Below are positions 60,301 through 64,000 of a DNA stretch of 64,000 nucleotides, piece after piece (positions within the stretch are counted from its first letter, which is position 1; each line of letters opens with the position of its first letter). The stretch lies in contig OU015567.1 in NCBI GenBank assembly GCA_907165135.1, positions 4,154,001-4,218,000 on the forward strand, in the 5' to 3' direction. The notes beneath the pieces were generated by a model. The model did no database searches. It was not told the origin of the DNA and saw only the letters and a list, made by a program, of their open reading frames with translations. The DNA is from Oikopleura dioica. Lineage: Eukaryota > Animalia > Chordata. A program made the translations under genes and the position numbers.

Positions 60301-61360
60301 TTCCCCAGAGCATGTTTGAAAGCAATCTTGGGAGAGATCCAATTCGAAGGAATCTTCGCATTCTCTTACACACTCCCCTGGTTCATTCGCGATTTCGACT
60401 GCATTTCCGCTCGCTTGGCAATCTTCAAGAAAATCCTCTCGAACAAGGCAGCTCCAATCGTCATCCGAGGAATATTGGCAGAGTTCTTCGTAGTCTTCGA
60501 CTTTGAGTTTCAGCCGACAATCTTTAAGACTCTTCGCTCGAAGAAACGATTCGCAAAGCTGATTTTCTTCTGCGAGATTGCTTCTGCTGCTGATGCTTTT
60601 TGACCAATGCTGAAAAATTGCATCATTGTTTTGGGAAAAACTCGGCGGGTTACAAAGACCGACTCGTTTTTGCCGAGAAATTTCTTCGAGCTTGACCGAA
60701 TTTCCGTCAAATATGATCCTGATATTTTCGTTATAGATGACCAAATAGCCGGGCATGATGTAATGATGAAAATGCTTCATTTCCGCGATTTCTGTGTCGA
60801 TTTTGAGGTCTTCCTTGATTTCAAATATTTGATTTTCGTAAATTCGCAGGATATTTTCTCCGTTATGGAAAGTTATTTTGAAGTCGACATCATCAAGAAT
60901 CGTGATTTCAGCAGATTTACTCGGGTAATCCAGCTTATTCCCAGAAAAGCTCTTCAAAAAATTCCTCGTCACATGACAAGTTCTTCCTTGATCATGGGAA
61001 AGGTGGCAGAATTTTCCGGAATATCCATTTTTACAGATGCACTTTCCACTCTCCGAACAGTCGCCATGAAGACAAGGAAAATCGCACGCTCGCAGATCGC
61101 ATATTTCACCTTTCCAGCCAGAATGACAGATGCATGTGTCGAGGGAGGGATCAAGGCCTCCGTTGTAGCATTCTTTTCGGACTTGTTCACTCGTAGTGCA
61201 ATTTGGCCCAGAAAAACCAAGGGGACAATGGCATTTTCCATCGATCAGTTTGCCACTCCCGCAGACAGAGTCGTCCGGACAGACGGAGCTCGCTAGAGCA
61301 AGTAAAGCTTAATTCAAATAAGAAGATAAATAAGAATTAAAACGAACCTAAACGCCTCAT
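42302..61360 (-). CDS. Giant secreted gel-forming-mucin/VWA chimera (~4,800 aa; oikosin/house-matrix candidate)
   Basis: ATG at 61360 (MRRLALLALASS), a 40-nt intron, then a 6.8-kb exon 61307-54459. That exon carries EGF repeats, VWD/C8/TIL assemblies (including a MUC2-D3-like WRDERLCPMMCEAY..FHYECCG..EGCYPHC), poly-Thr tracts, an LDLa repeat and the start of a VWA. In-phase exons 52771-52208, 52042-51742, 51564-51187, 50790-50273, 50226-49784, 49427-46423, 45584-44962, 44869-44734 and 44259- onward complete successive VWA domains across junctions (e.g. DIFFVL|DGSYS, GARENVR|KIMIVVTDG, LDAFS|EVQ). The last 3-4 junctions and the stop near 42302 are less certain. Confidence 0.8.
44339..44939 (+). 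CDS. Possible third nested antisense gene, unknown product
   Basis: ATG 44339, a possible 31-nt GT-AG intron, then the open frame of ORF 44358-44939 (ELPDEDILVPRKSPQQ..). It lies mostly in host intron 44733-44260. No known motif. Confidence 0.25.
45921..46241 (+). CDS. PHACTR C-terminal PP1-binding-domain microprotein (93 aa), nested antisense
   Basis: Exon 45921-45995, a 39-nt GT-AG intron, exon 46035-46241: MAKPRVRFLEHVAFISAPDYKRKIKVPWDNLTNEEKCIAKLELNFFKATEMIVHP. This matches the PHACTR pattern RF..V.V..A.DY.R....PW..LT..K.....ELN.FK..EM.VH. Confidence 0.8.
47480..47975 (-). repeat. Poly-Thr mucin (PTS) tract, ACN codon repeat
   Basis: Long Thr-rich run inside ORF 46410-49403. Confidence 0.9.
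53535..53572 (+). promoter_or_regulatory. Candidate H1 core promoter (TATA-like box plus TCAGT initiator)
   Basis: TTTATA at 53535-53540 lies ~30 nt before TCAGT at 53568-53572, in a GC-rich patch ~65 nt upstream of the H1 ATG. Confidence 0.45.
53634..54227 (+). CDS. H1: Linker histone H1, intron-containing, nested antisense in the giant gene
   Basis: Exon 53634-53721 (MPAAKAATKKAAPSHPPYKQMIAETLK), a 102-nt GT-AG intron, exon 53824-54227 (G.S..AI.K..KLALKRG..KGVGLAGSFKL plus a K/A/P tail). No canonical 3' histone stem-loop seen. Confidence 0.95.
57060..57740 (-). repeat. Poly-Thr mucin tract encoded by (ACTACG)n
   Basis: Plus strand (gtcgta)n over ~500 bp, giving over 200 mostly Thr residues in ORF 54448-60972. 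Confidence 0.95.
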
Positions 61361-61509
61361 CGCTGCATTCTCTCGTCTGATTGTGAAAGATCAGACTGAT
61401 CATAGGCACCGTTTTTTGTTTGTAAATAAGTTGAGGAAGCAATTTCAAAGTTGTTGATTTGAACTCTTGCCGGGTGGAAAACCGGTGAAAAGTCAGTATT
61501 TCTCCGAAA

Positions 61510-62266
61510 ATGTTATTTGCCCTAGTTAGCAAAGCTGAGAACCAAGATGAACAACCAAGTTCCTTCCTTGTGAGCTTGTTAACATATGTACTGATTAGGA
61601 AAAAGCGAGACTGAATTTTTGATGGCAAAAACTTGCTGGGTATAAAAGCAGATTCGCTGAAGCAGTTATATAATTCGACAAATGCGGCTTTCAACGGTAA
61701 GAATTTTTGATAAACTAAAAATCATCATATGTTTTAAGGCTCTCCTCCCTCTTTTTGCAGCTCAAAACCCCCCGAATTCGAGCGCTCTTGGGAGCAATCA
61801 TCAAAAAACAAAATACAAGTCGACATTCATCACCCTCCTTCATGTCACCCCTGCTCCGCCCGAATTGAAATTGGGAAAAATGCATGAAGAAACGAGATAC
61901 AAATCTCAGTTTATTCGACTGTTCAAATATTTCAGCGGCAAAGTTGATCAGGAGAAAGAATCTGGAATCAAAGAAGCTCTTCGAGCTCAACTTGCAAGAC
62001 ACAAAAATAACAAAACTAATCAATAAATTCATCATATTTTTTTCTGAAATAAAGACAGTAGTTTTAAAAGTCCTTAAATTTGAGAAAGAGCTATAAAACT
62101 TGAATTATATAAGTCTCACAAGACCGATTTCAAAACAAGAAAATGTAGAAATTCAAACAAATGGTTCTATAATTTCTATGACACAAAAGATGCGCTCTTC
62201 CGGAGACTTTTTGGTGGCAATTCATTCTATTCCGCTGTCTGGAATCATATTCGGGAACGACCTTAA
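61510..62266 (+). CDS. Possible small spliced gene of unknown function upstream of the laccase
   Basis: Coding-like frames with compatible GT/AG ends: ...QLYNSTNAAFN|AQNPPNSS..MHEETRYKSQFIRLF.. and ...KLELYKSHKTDF..WFYNFYDTKDALFRRLFGG..RERP*. Full path not resolved. Confidence 0.3.
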
Positions 62267-62325
62267 ATTTAGGGAACCGAAGCGAAAGAGAGTCATTCTT
62301 CGGGTTCTTCAGGAGATTTTCGGAG

Positions 62326-64000
62326 ATGCGAATAAAATTCTTACTTTTTGCATATTTCGTTCGCGCTGAGTTGATTTGCGACTACGGCGAAAATTGCGAT
62401 CGACTTTGCGAAGCTGATGTTTGCGACTATTTTTGGAACATCGAATATCGTTATTCAAATTCGTGGCAAACCAATGGTCCCTGGTGGCGAAGTTTTCCAC
62501 TTTTCTTTAATGAGACGGCAGATCAGCTGGAGATTCCTGAGCTGAAGACGGGATACACGCAGGGTGTTACTATCGACTCGATTGTTGGGGAAGATGGGGA
62601 AAGAAAGAGGCCAGAAGACAATTTAGACGAGCTGTTTTTCATCGACGGACATCGTAAGATTGTTTCAGAAGAAATAATCAAAAAAATTTTTAGCTAATAG
62701 AAGAGTAATCACCGTAAATGGCCAGTTCCCTGGTCCCAAAATCCACGTGAAAAAGGGCTCAACAATGCGAATCACCATCAAAAACCAGTTGCAATACGAG
62801 GGAGTAAACATTCACTGGCACGGCTTGCACATGATCGACAACTTCTGGAACGATGGAGCAATGTTTGTCAGTCAATGTCCGATTCCTGCAAATACCGAGT
62901 TTACCTACATCGTTCGAGCAGATAATTCGGGAACGCATTGGTGGCATTCTCATGCAGGAACGCAACGACTTGATGGCCTCTTTGGCCCCTTGATTGTTCT
63001 AGAACCAGAAGAAATAGAACAGAAAGTTACGACTATCCCGCTAACAATCGGCGACTGGTACCAAACTGATTCGATTTCATTCATTGCCAACGACCCTTTC
63101 CGGCTTCGAATGAACGAATATCCGGGCAACGGGCCTATTACTTGTGCAACGCCTTATCGAAGCTTCTTTGGCGGCATGAAGGTCACGGGCTTGTTCTGTT
63201 TGGACTCCTTTGTTGTCAATGGAAGGGGGCAGTTTCGTTTCCAAGAAGGTTCTTATTTTTAATTTTTATGAAATTATTTGATCTTTAAGACACTTCCAAG
63301 GGGATGTTCTCGATCGGCGAACGATATCTGATTCCAGAAGATGCTGATTTCATAAAGCTCAAGGTGATAAATACAGGATTTGAGATGTTATCTGCTGTAA
63401 CTCGCCTTGATGGAGAGACATTCAATGTAACAGGATCGGTCGCAAAAATATACGAAAATGTATCTTTTAAACCAGTTGACTGTAACCGAATAAAGCTACT
63501 GACGGCAGAGATATTGTCCTAGAAGAAGGAGATGTTCTTTTCCTCGGCGTTGGAGAAACGTATGATCTTCATATCCCCTTATCACTCTCCGAAGACAGTT
63601 TCTTCCTTCGATTCTGGCTACCTGTCGACCACATCGGACAAGAAGAAGATAATCTTGTTCATGAACCATACTTGGATATTGAATTCAAACGAAGTGAGAC
63701 AATTCCGGAAGGAGACTTTCAAACTGAACTTTTCATGAGAAAACCGGATGATGCAGTCAAAGAAAATTTGCATTCCAATTCTGCTGACGCTCCGATTTGG
63801 CTCAATTGTCCATTCCCGGAAAAGGATGTTGTTTGCAGGACTATCTCAGGACTGGGCTTTAACCATTGAAAATCTTTAACTTTTTCGTGATCGAGCCAAG
63901 AATAGATTTCAAGCGCCTTCTACCTTCAGACTACAAGTTCAAAGGCGAAAAGACAATCAACCTACCCGAAAATGTCTCGCCAACAGATGAGCCCGATGTC
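62326..64000 (+). CDS. Secreted multicopper oxidase (laccase-like), 3' end outside the window
   Basis: Signal peptide MRIKFLLFAYFVRA, a Cys-rich CDRLCEADVC segment, DGH|PNRRVITVNGQFPGP across a 40-nt intron, and copper motifs IHWHG and GTHWWHSH, plus SQCPI. Confidence 0.9.

Noticed and set aside
1-64000. tRNA, rRNA or autonomous transposase/RT genes
   Set aside because: None recognised by eye. Short tRNAs or snoRNAs could be missed without tRNAscan-SE or Infernal.

Overview
Compact animal (chordate) genomic DNA with ~40-60 nt introns, GA-AG introns, operon-like gene spacing and SL-type acceptors. This fits the larvacean tunicate Oikopleura dioica (inferred, not proven). The ORF track is mostly uninformative because the genes are spliced, so I rebuilt exon chains by hand. 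Left: a secreted multi-VWA gene (- strand, ~1-4624). One of its introns is exactly a 1.4-kb foldback transposon plus one target-site copy (introner-like). Middle (~5-32 kb): a MITE-rich region carrying a PLEKHG4/ARHGEF40-like RhoGEF, with a ~47-copy hairpin satellite inside a PH-domain intron. Next (32.7-42 kb): a dense housekeeping block of C2H2-ZnF, ALG10, RPB6, two head-to-head glutaredoxins (one with a signal peptide and monothiol CPYS), RED/IK and DET1. Right: a ~19-kb, ~4,800-aa gel-forming-mucin/VWA chimeric gene (- strand, 42302-61360). Its six inferred GAA...AAAG introns have self-complementary ends, and two of them host antisense genes (histone H1 and a PHACTR PP1-binding-domain microprotein). 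A laccase-type multicopper oxidase lies divergently beyond it. Several single-base deletions in homopolymers break conserved frames and are probably long-read assembly errors. All homology calls are from motif recognition; no database search was run.
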